The translations under genes were made by a program, and so were the position numbers. A stretch of DNA of 26,546 nt from a virus (taxonomy: Duplodnaviria > Caudoviricetes), in IMG/VR virus record IMGVR_UViG_3300028588_000078, positions 1 through 26,546 of that record. One strand, 5' to 3'. The notes under the pieces were generated by a model, which was given only the letters and a program-made list of their open reading frames with translations, did no database searches and was not told the origin of the DNA. Of this stretch, positions 6,909 to 13,640 are shown piece by piece. How positions within the stretch are numbered: position 1 is the first letter of the stretch; each line of letters starts with the position of its first letter.

Positions 6909-7169
6909 TTAAATTTCGCGCTTCTGTTCGTCCAGGGATCGGTAGTAGTCCCTTACGTGAGTGTCGCAAAGCCCAGACATCCAGGATGCATTCCGAGCGC
7001 CGCACCTTACGCACCGGCGATTATTGGTGGACATCATTCCGTCTGGTTCAGCGGGGCACATAAGGCTTCGATCTGCTGAACGCATGGGGGCTTCGTGGGG
7101 GATCAGGGCCACGTCGTGGTCCGGACAGTGCAATGAACCGCGTGCCGCCGTTGCTGTCTGGTCGGTCAT
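6909..7169 (-). CDS. Cys-rich hypothetical protein, possibly truncated by a nonsense codon (frame continues to 6798)
   Basis: CPDH, CVRC..CDTH motifs; same start element as the HD gene. Confidence 0.65.
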   Translation of the reverse strand: MTDQTATAARGSLHCPDHDVALIPHEAPMRSADRSLMCPAEPDGMMSTNNRRCVRCGARNASWMSGLCDTHVRDYYRSLDEQKREI

Positions 7170-7313
7170 CTTCTTCTCCAAAACATGGGTGGTTTGTACT
7201 TTCTGTCTGCCAAAGGTGTCGCCATCACCCGGCTAGTCCGTGTTGCTCTGTGGGCGATATGGCCACTCTACTGCTCTATTTGGCAAACGCGCAACACCAG
7301 GCCGCATAGTTTC

Positions 7314-7363
7314 TTCTCACTCGTAATGAGAAGGTCTGGGGTTCGATTCCCCAAAGCGGCTCC
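7314..7363 (+). mobile_element. attP core = 3' half of tRNA-Thr(CGT)
   Basis: Anticodon arm TCTCA-CTCGTAA-TGAGA, T-arm TGGGG-TTCGATT-CCCCA, acceptor 3' strand AAGCGGC-T-CC; no D-arm; phage genes on both sides. Confidence 0.85.
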
Positions 7364-7366
7364 CTG

Positions 7367-7398
7367 AAGCCCCCGATCCCATGCGGATCGGGGCTTTT
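7367..7398 (+). terminator. Intrinsic terminator for the reconstituted tRNA
   Basis: AAGCCCCCGATCC/GGATCGGGGCTT hairpin plus TTTT directly after the tRNA 3' half. Confidence 0.85.
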
Positions 7399-7566
7399 CT
7401 CATCGTAGGGCCAACGTCCGTGAGTGAGCCTGAACTGTAGCCGACCGCCGTTTTACCCCCGTAATGGGGGCGAATCGTGGTGCTCGAGAAGCTGTGTGGG
7501 CGTCGCTCCGTAGCTGAGTGCGCCAAATAGAGTAGAAACTGTGCCGATCAGGTGTATGGTTACCCC

Positions 7567-7797
7567 ATGCCAACCAGACTCCCCAAGTCGGATCTCATCC
7601 GTCTGAACGTCAACCTCAACCCGGAGACCGCGAAAGCGCTCCGGGACATCGCAGACAATCGCGGCATCAGCTTCACCGAGGCGATCCGTCGTTGCATCAG
7701 CGTCTACACGTACGTCGCTGCGGCTAGCACGGACGGCAAGCGTGTGTCGATCATCGACGCCACTGCTGGTACTGAACGAGAGTTGGTGCTGCTGTGA
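7567..7797 (+). CDS. Ribbon-helix-helix (CopG/Arc-like) regulator
   Basis: RLNVNLNPETAKALRDIADNRGISFTEAIRRCI; TATGGT -10 six nt before ATG. Confidence 0.85.
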   Translation: MPTRLPKSDLIRLNVNLNPETAKALRDIADNRGISFTEAIRRCISVYTYVAAASTDGKRVSIIDATAGTERELVLL

Positions 7798-8114
7798 CCC
7801 CCGCATCCCCCACCCCTGACGCCCCCGACACGCGGAGTGCCGTCGAAGCACTGATCCTCGAGGGCCGGTCCATGCTCGCTGACCACGATGACGACCTGAC
7901 CGGCTGGGCGCGTCAGGCAATCGCTGCTTTAGCTGCTGAGAGCGAAAGAGCGGACCGAGCAGAAGCAGAGCGTGACAGAGCGCTTTCTTTTGCTCTAACC
8001 CAGCTAGCTCGACGAACTGAAGAACTTGCAGCACATGCCACGCGGGCAGACGCGAAGCTGGCATCGCTTGAAAACAGGTCTGGGCTTCTCCACGTGATAG
8101 AGGCCACCGCATGA
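7794..8114 (+). CDS. Mosaic coiled-coil protein (AALAAESERADRAEA), ends EATA
   Basis: GTGA overlap; motifs shared with 4474..4749. Confidence 0.8.
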   Translation: MTPASPTPDAPDTRSAVEALILEGRSMLADHDDDLTGWARQAIAALAAESERADRAEAERDRALSFALTQLARRTEELAAHATRADAKLASLENRSGLLHVIEATA

Positions 8115-8473
8115 CCGCCCCCACGCCTGACCTTGAGAGCGCAATCGCGCACGCAGTTGACCAGGCTCACGAAGACGCCTTAGCTGACGCGCGAGGTCTA
8201 GGCAAGGACGATCTGACGCGCCTGGCCCGGCGCATCACTGACGAGTTCGAGGCAGAACTTGCCGTCACCCTCGCCGCCGCAACCGCTGACAGTGATGCGT
8301 CGTCCCGGATGCACGAGGAGACACGGGCGCTGCTCGACCAGGCGCTTGGTGAACGTGACCAGGCGCGCGAGACCGTCACCGCAGCCCCGCACGCCCCCCA
8401 CTGTTCATCCCTCATCCCGGTACCCGACCCGCCGCGATACCCGTGTAATTGCTGGAAAAAGGAAGTCAACTGA
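8111..8473 (+). CDS. Mosaic protein MTAPTP...ERDQAR...APHAPHCSSLIPVPDPPRYPCNCWK
   Basis: ATGA overlap; termini shared with 4091..4477. Confidence 0.8.
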   Translation: MTAPTPDLESAIAHAVDQAHEDALADARGLGKDDLTRLARRITDEFEAELAVTLAAATADSDASSRMHEETRALLDQALGERDQARETVTAAPHAPHCSSLIPVPDPPRYPCNCWKKEVN

Positions 8474-8658
8474 TGAAGATGCCCACCTCTGTCGTTATCG
8501 ACGTGGAACTGTCCCTCACGCACCTGGCACCCGCCGGGACTGGTCTGACGCGATGCTGCAACCACCTTGTTTGGAACCTAAAGCGCACCGACCGGCTGAC
8601 CACCGACGTTGCACTCGTCACCTGCCCTGGCGCATGGCTCAGGGAGGTTGCCTCGTGA
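8473..8658 (+). CDS. Hypothetical Cys/His protein (TH...LTRCC...VTC)
   Basis: TGATG overlap, RBS AAGGAAG. Confidence 0.7.
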   Translation: MKMPTSVVIDVELSLTHLAPAGTGLTRCCNHLVWNLKRTDRLTTDVALVTCPGAWLREVAS

Positions 8659-8936
8659 GTATCTCCAAAGAGGAACACGTGTGGGTCCATGACGGTGACT
8701 TCAGCGAACTGTGCACCCAGCACGGCGAAACCCGCGATATAGACCCCACGATTGGCCTATCCCCGCACGATACGGTCCTAGTCGCCACGTACAACCGGAT
8801 GGTGCGGAAGAGGGACAAGGCGGTGGCGTTGGCCGGGACGTACCTGCGGACGATTCATGCCGCGCCGCACGGCCACATGTGCGAGGTGGCCATGTCGTAC
8901 GGCACCAAGTGCTGCTGCTGGAAGGCGGGGCTGTGA
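8655..8936 (+). CDS. Mosaic protein ending APHGHMC...CCCWKAGL
   Basis: GTGA overlap, RBS GGGAGG; C-terminal motif like 4091..4477. Confidence 0.75.
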   Translation: MSISKEEHVWVHDGDFSELCTQHGETRDIDPTIGLSPHDTVLVATYNRMVRKRDKAVALAGTYLRTIHAAPHGHMCEVAMSYGTKCCCWKAGL

Positions 8937-9061
8937 TGGACGCTGGATCTTGGGTCGCTGGATGCATCAGTGGCTTTGCCGCGGCATCTGTTGTGGCAGC
9001 AATGATGTTCGACCGATGGCGCGACAAGCAGGAAGAGAAGAAGCGGAAGGCGGGGCTGTGA
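8933..9061 (+). CDS. Small single-pass membrane protein, ends KAGL
   Basis: WVAGCISGFAAASVVAAMMF hydrophobic stretch plus basic tail; bounded by junction repeats. Confidence 0.7.
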   Translation: MMDAGSWVAGCISGFAAASVVAAMMFDRWRDKQEEKKRKAGL

Positions 9062-9240
9062 GCGAGCAAGCGGGGCATGACTTCCGCGTGACTGCGTACG
9101 ACGGCGAGGGTGTTGGACTCGAATGTTCGTGCGGGTGGGAGTGGCGGACCGGAGAGCAGGCAGAAGACTTCTTCGTCCTGTCCAACAAGGCGGGTCAGCA
9201 CATGGCCGACGTGATCGCAAGGAAGAAGGCGGGGCTGTGA
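9058..9240 (+). CDS. Small probable zinc-finger protein (H..CSCGW..H), ends KAGL
   Basis: Bounded by junction repeats, GTGA overlaps. Confidence 0.75.
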   Translation: MSEQAGHDFRVTAYDGEGVGLECSCGWEWRTGEQAEDFFVLSNKAGQHMADVIARKKAGL

Positions 9241-9356
9241 GCGAGGTCGCAACCACGTTGCGAGAGATCGCAACAACGCTCGAAAGGCCGGCACACATAC
9301 AGACACTGCTGTACGCGGCAGACTTGCTTGACGAACGGAAGAAGGTAGACGGATGA
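9237..9356 (+). CDS. Hypothetical 39-aa helical protein (MSEVATTLREIA...AADLLDE)
   Basis: GTGA/ATGA overlaps. Confidence 0.7.
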   Translation: MSEVATTLREIATTLERPAHIQTLLYAADLLDERKKVDG

Positions 9357-9559
9357 GTGACCCGGCCAGCCTCGAGCCTGCCGTGATGGCCGAACTGCAA
9401 CGGCAGGCAGACGCGGACAGCATGTATGCGCCATGGTTCGACAAGGCGTACGACGTGGCGAACCCGAACCACATCGTCGTGAAGATCGATGGCGACTTGG
9501 ACGTGACCGCGCTGATTGCTGCGGTCGATGAGGCACGCCGGGAAAGGGCGAACGAATGA
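9353..9559 (+). CDS. Hypothetical protein
   Basis: ORF track; ATGA overlaps. Confidence 0.75.
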   Translation: MSDPASLEPAVMAELQRQADADSMYAPWFDKAYDVANPNHIVVKIDGDLDVTALIAAVDEARRERANE

Positions 9560-9693
9560 GCAAGCATCCGATTCAGGCGCTCGATGACCTGTTCAAGACG
9601 ACGGGCATGGAGTTCGGCATGATGGCCGAGCAGATGCGCGAGGACAGTGATGCGCTGCTCGCAAAGGCGCGGGAGATATCAGAGAAGAGCTAG
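9556..9693 (+). CDS. Hypothetical 45-aa protein (MSKHPIQALDDLF...)
   Basis: Translated by hand; ATGA overlap, RBS GAAAGGG. Confidence 0.65.
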   Translation: MSKHPIQALDDLFKTTGMEFGMMAEQMREDSDALLAKAREISEKS

Positions 9694-9716
9694 CCACGCT
9701 GCCGTACCCTGCCTCA

Positions 9717-10004
9717 ATGGCAGTTCAACCCGACAAACGCTCCTACGAACGCCAACTGATCGAGTCGGGCATGAACCTGACCGAGAGGTACCGGGTCGGC
9801 GCGTACACGTTGCGAGCGCCGGCACGCATCACCAACCCGCGCACGTACGTCATCGCGTGCGACCGCCCAGGGTTAGAGGGTGGCCTGAGTGTCGACTACG
9901 ACCTGCACGACGGGTGGACGGTCAGTGATGGGGGTGCGTGGTTCATGTCGCGGGTGGGGGCGCTGGTGTGCCTCGAGTGGTTCGTAAGTCGACAAAAGCT
10001 CTAG
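9717..10004 (+). CDS. Hypothetical protein, probably leaderless
   Basis: TACCCT six nt before ATG; fills the gap before the acyltransferase. Confidence 0.65.
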   Translation: MAVQPDKRSYERQLIESGMNLTERYRVGAYTLRAPARITNPRTYVIACDRPGLEGGLSVDYDLHDGWTVSDGGAWFMSRVGALVCLEWFVSRQKL

Positions 10005-10013
10005 ACTTCGCAA

Positions 10014-11084
10014 GTGAGCACCGGGGGAAGTAACCACATACCATCGCTCGACGGCATTCGCGCAGTGTCAATTCTGCTTGTGTTCGTCGGACACTCTGAA
10101 CGGCTACCGGCCTACATCAGGCCCAGCCTTGGTGTCACGATCTTCTTCTTCCTCAGCGGCTACCTCATCACCACGCTGCTCCGCATGGAAGCCGACCGCC
10201 GCGGGTCGATCAACATCCGCGACTTCTACCTCCGCCGGATCTTCCGCATCTGGCCCGCCCTGTACCTTGTGATAATCCTCGGGATACTCGTCACAATGGC
10301 GGGGATTGTTCCGGGCGACGTGTCTCCTGCTGGAATCACCGCGTCGGGCTTACAGGTCACGAACTACTGGTTGATCTTCGACGGCACCGGCGTCCCCAAG
10401 GCCATGCGCGTCCTCTGGTCCCTTGCCGTCGAGGAACACTTCTACCTGTTCTTCCCGGTCATCTACGTCGCCCTGCGGAAGTGGGTACCGAACCGGATGC
10501 ACCAGGGCCTCATCCTTGCCGCGCTCTGCCTAGTCATCCTCGGGTGGCGCGCATACCTCAGCTACGGCCTCGACGTCGACTACTTCAACCGCATCTACAT
10601 GGGAACCGACACCCGCGCCGACAGCATCCTCTGGGGCTGCGTCCTCGCGATCGTCGCAAACCCCTTCTTCGACAAGATCCGCGGACACCGCAACCTCTGG
10701 GTGTGGGTCGGCATCCCCATCGCCGTCGTAGGGCTCTACATCACGCAGCGCGCCGGCGACTCTTGGCAGCCCATCGTCTTGACCGTGCAGGCGCTTCTCG
10801 TGTGGGTCATTCTCACAGCCGTGGTCAGCTTCCCGAAGTCCACCGCGGGCCGCATCCTTAACTGGAGGCCCGTCGCGTTCCTCGGTGTCATGTCCTACTC
10901 GTTCTATCTCGTGCACCGGTACTTCATCCTCTGGGCAGACGAGCACCTCGCCGACGTCAACCGGTTCTTGGTCGCGGCCATCACATTCTCCGCTTCCCTG
11001 GGAACCGCTTACCTCCTCCACCGATACGTTGAGAAACCGTTCCTCGAGGCCAAGAAGCGGTTGACACAAGCTAAGGCCGGTTGA
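10014..11084 (+). CDS. Membrane O-acyltransferase, acyltransferase-3 (OafA/YrhL) family
   Basis: SLDGIRA, GVTIFFFLSGYLIT, FYLRRIFRIWP, WSLAVEEHFY, SYSFYLVH, YVEKPF; about 10 TM segments. Confidence 0.95.
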   Translation: MSTGGSNHIPSLDGIRAVSILLVFVGHSERLPAYIRPSLGVTIFFFLSGYLITTLLRMEADRRGSINIRDFYLRRIFRIWPALYLVIILGILVTMAGIVPGDVSPAGITASGLQVTNYWLIFDGTGVPKAMRVLWSLAVEEHFYLFFPVIYVALRKWVPNRMHQGLILAALCLVILGWRAYLSYGLDVDYFNRIYMGTDTRADSILWGCVLAIVANPFFDKIRGHRNLWVWVGIPIAVVGLYITQRAGDSWQPIVLTVQALLVWVILTAVVSFPKSTAGRILNWRPVAFLGVMSYSFYLVHRYFILWADEHLADVNRFLVAAITFSASLGTAYLLHRYVEKPFLEAKKRLTQAKAG

Positions 11085-11087
11085 CGG

Positions 11088-11119
11088 CCGAAACCCCCAC
11101 ACATAGGTGGGGGTTTCGG
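11088..11119. terminator. Hairpin/terminator after the acyltransferase
   Basis: 13-bp stem CCGAAACCCCCAC/GTGGGGGTTTCGG. Confidence 0.75.
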
Positions 11120-11265
11120 GTGCGCTGCCTCTCGCGCTCTCACCAGCTTGCACCGGATCCCGGGACTCGAACCCGGACCTCATTGGCTTTCGCCTGCGTG
11201 CAGTTTAAACTATAGGAACACGTCGAGCAACCTTGCAGTTCTTCGACTAACCGCAAGGAGGGCAC

Positions 11266-12279
11266 ATGGACGCCGAGATCGAAAAATGCCTAGCTTCTCT
11301 TCAGCGCCTTGCGGTCCGCTTCGGCAGTCGGGTTGCTATCGAGAACCAGTCCGACCCATCGTCACCACGCTACGCACCGCTCGATGGGTGGTCGTGGACT
11401 GCGCCGTTCTATTCGGGCCTGCTGTGGACGGCGTTCGACCGATCCGGGTTGGCAATCTTTCGTGAGCGCGCGGAGTCCATAGAGCCGCAGCTTGCCGCTC
11501 TCGTGCAGACGCCGCGGGCCAACCATGATGTTGGCTTCTTTGGCCAGCTCGCGTATCGAAACCCGCAGTATGTAGCGGAGGCCGTTGAGGTCATGGTGTC
11601 GCGGTGGGTTCCCGAGAGGCGGGCGTTCAGGTCGTGGGACTGGATGGAGTCGGACAATTCCATTGTGGACTCGCTCATGACCACAAACCTGCTTTGGGGT
11701 ACTCGGTACGAGGACAAGGCCCTGTTCCACTATCACCGCCTCTCTGAGGACATTGTCCGCCCTGACGGCTCGACGTTCCACGTTCTCAAATACAAGGGCG
11801 ATCATCTGCGCAAGGGCGACACGCACCAGGGTTTAGCTGCAAATTCGACGTGGGCACGCGGCCAGGCTTGGGCCGTCCATGGCTTCACGACCGCGTACCT
11901 TGCCTCCAATGCGTTGTGGCTTCTCGAGGCGGCACGGCGGACTGCCGACTATGCGATTGCACAGATGCCTGCAACGGGTGACTCTGTACCGCGCTGGGAC
12001 TACGACGCCGGACCTGACGCATTGCCAGATAGTTCCGCTGGCGCGATCCTCGCAGACGGCCTGCGCCTGCTCGGGACAGTCGACGGCGCATATGACACAC
12101 CCGCGCATCGGTTGCTTACCGACCTCACGAGCGGCTATTCCGTGGCTGCGTCTCCTGAGCATGATGGGCTTCTCGCTCACGGCCATCAGGGGCACAATGG
12201 GCCGATCTTCGACGGGTCCATGCCCTACGGCGATTACTACTACCTACGCGCGCTCCTCAATACGCCTGAAGCCGCCTAA
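11266..12279 (+). CDS. Glycoside hydrolase family 88 (unsaturated glucuronyl hydrolase-like)
   Basis: WT..FYSGLLW, HDVGF, IVDSLM, RPDGSTFH, THQG...STWARGQAWA, WDYD..DSSAGAI, YGDYYY; RBS AAGGAGG. Confidence 0.9.
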   Translation: MDAEIEKCLASLQRLAVRFGSRVAIENQSDPSSPRYAPLDGWSWTAPFYSGLLWTAFDRSGLAIFRERAESIEPQLAALVQTPRANHDVGFFGQLAYRNPQYVAEAVEVMVSRWVPERRAFRSWDWMESDNSIVDSLMTTNLLWGTRYEDKALFHYHRLSEDIVRPDGSTFHVLKYKGDHLRKGDTHQGLAANSTWARGQAWAVHGFTTAYLASNALWLLEAARRTADYAIAQMPATGDSVPRWDYDAGPDALPDSSAGAILADGLRLLGTVDGAYDTPAHRLLTDLTSGYSVAASPEHDGLLAHGHQGHNGPIFDGSMPYGDYYYLRALLNTPEAA

Positions 12280-12295
12280 CTACGGCAGCAAGCAG

Positions 12296-12336
12296 AACAA
12301 GCCCCCGCCACTCGTGAGAGCAGCGGGGGCGTTGTT
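12296..12336. terminator. Bidirectional terminator ending the late operon and GH88
   Basis: GCCCCCGC/GCGGGGGC stem flanked by AACAA and TTGTT. Confidence 0.75.
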
Positions 12337-12341
12337 GCGTG

Positions 12342-12644
12342 TCAGGACTCGACGACGGACTTGGGCACGGATCCGGCACCGAACTTGGTGAGGAATGCGT
12401 TGACGGCAGGGATGGCCATGATGCGCGTCAGAATGCCGAGTACGGCGAGTGCGGCAGCGATGACGCCGTTGACCCACAGGTACACCTCAGCGGGCACGTC
12501 GGACGCGTTGAAGGCTTCTGCGAGCGGGGGGAGGCTCACGTTGGCGATGGGGACGAAGACGACCAGAGCGGCCAGCAATGACCGCACCACTCGCTGCGAC
12601 TTGAACCAAATGTCGGGTACCGGGGCGGCGTCGATGTGACTCAT
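12342..12644 (-). CDS. Holin (2 TM)
   Basis: Two TM segments, LTRIMAIPAVNAFL actinophage holin-like tail; last gene of the lysis cassette. Confidence 0.8.
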   Translation of the reverse strand: MSHIDAAPVPDIWFKSQRVVRSLLAALVVFVPIANVSLPPLAEAFNASDVPAEVYLWVNGVIAAALAVLGILTRIMAIPAVNAFLTKFGAGSVPKSVVES

Positions 12645-13171
12645 GCGTTGTTCTCCTTCATATGGCTGCGAATGTCCTGGACCTTCGCGTGCGGGTAAGA
12701 CAGCTCGAGGATCTCTGCTTGCTTGTTGAGCAGTTCCTTAGCCTTCGCGTCGATGTCCTGCTGCAACTTCTCCTGCTCATGTTTGAGCCGGTCACGTTCA
12801 GCGGTGATCGAATCGATGAGGTCTTGCTGCGACTGGGCGGAGTGCTGCAAAACGGTGATCGTCTCGGTGAGACGGGTGATGGTGCCTTGTAGTGATGCGA
12901 TCTGTGCTTCTGCGATGGCGAGCAGTTCGCGGACTGTTTTGACCGCTGACTCTTTCGCGGAGCGTTCCTCTGTGGCCATCGTCTGATAACGGGTCACAAG
13001 GTCGTTGTCCTCGTCGGCGGTGTTCTTCCGTTCCGCGATGCGTGCGTTGCGCCGGTTGTTCAGGTAAGCGACGAGGCCCGCAATGGCGGCGGAGAGCACA
13101 CCGGCGCTGATCAGTGCGGAGACAAATATGCCGATGAACTCGGGCTGCTCTTCGACGGCGGTGGCGATCAT
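12641..13171 (-). CDS. Membrane-anchored coiled-coil lysis-cassette protein
   Basis: N-terminal TM segment then long heptad region. Confidence 0.75.
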   Translation of the reverse strand: MIATAVEEQPEFIGIFVSALISAGVLSAAIAGLVAYLNNRRNARIAERKNTADEDNDLVTRYQTMATEERSAKESAVKTVRELLAIAEAQIASLQGTITRLTETITVLQHSAQSQQDLIDSITAERDRLKHEQEKLQQDIDAKAKELLNKQAEILELSYPHAKVQDIRSHMKENNA

Positions 13172-13614
13172 GCTTCTTCCTCAGGCAGCGGTGTGGCCTT
13201 AGCCTCCCCGACTTGCCTCGACAGGTGTCGGTACCGCTTGAGGAGCCAGAACAGCGGCCATGCGCCGAAGATGATCAGGTGCGACCGTTGCGTTTCGCCC
13301 AACGTCACAAGGTCGACGACTGTCTGACCTGCTTGCAGGAGCGTGTACGAGAACGGCCCGGCCATGATCAGCAGGACGCCGTATTTCTCGGTGATGAGGT
13401 GGTCGGAGACGAGCACGCCGCGGACTGCCAGGATCACGCCGACGAGTGCGACTAGGCCGAACAAGATGATCGTGCCTCGGAACACGAGGCCGGTGATTGG
13501 CGCTGGGGTGAACAGCATGAACCAAATGACCCAGAGTCCCCCCCATAGGTAGACGCCAACGTAGTCGCGGTCTTCGGCTTTGAGATGACGCCATTTGGCA
13601 GCTATTCGCTTCAT
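13168..13614 (-). CDS. 4-TM membrane protein (holin-like/lysis accessory)
   Basis: Four hydrophobic segments; directly after the endolysin; RBS GGGGAGG. Confidence 0.75.
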   Translation of the reverse strand: MKRIAAKWRHLKAEDRDYVGVYLWGGLWVIWFMLFTPAPITGLVFRGTIILFGLVALVGVILAVRGVLVSDHLITEKYGVLLIMAGPFSYTLLQAGQTVVDLVTLGETQRSHLIIFGAWPLFWLLKRYRHLSRQVGEAKATPLPEEEA

Positions 13615-13640
13615 GTGACCCTCCCCAGGGCGCGGTGTTC

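Larger units (their letters stand above)
8921..9245 (+). repeat. Gene-junction direct repeats GAAGGCGGGGCTGTGA(GCGAG) at 8921, 9046, 9225; inverted copies at 4086-4106 and 3942-3958
   Basis: 16 bp perfect x3 and 21 bp perfect x2; left-array copy 20/21; fifth copy degenerate. Confidence 0.95.

Noticed and set aside
7301-7363. Functional tRNA-Thr gene
   Set aside because: D-arm and a proper 5' acceptor strand are missing; better explained as the attP core
7567-8114. RHH antitoxin-toxin pair
   Set aside because: The downstream gene is a coiled-coil mosaic protein with no recognisable toxin motif
4101-8460. Diversity-generating retroelement TR/VR pair
   Set aside because: Mismatches between the two ~110-bp copies are not adenine-specific, and there is no reverse transcriptase in the window
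8921-9245. CRISPR-like repeat-spacer array
   Set aside because: Repeats are 16-21 bp, the intervals are unequal, exceed 100 bp and are whole ORFs, and there are no cas genes
8259-9356. Long track versions of ORFs 8259..8936, 8711..9061, 8857..9240 and 9123..9356
   Set aside because: True starts are the GTGA-coupled codons at 8655, 8933, 9058 and 9237; the upstream extensions overlap other genes
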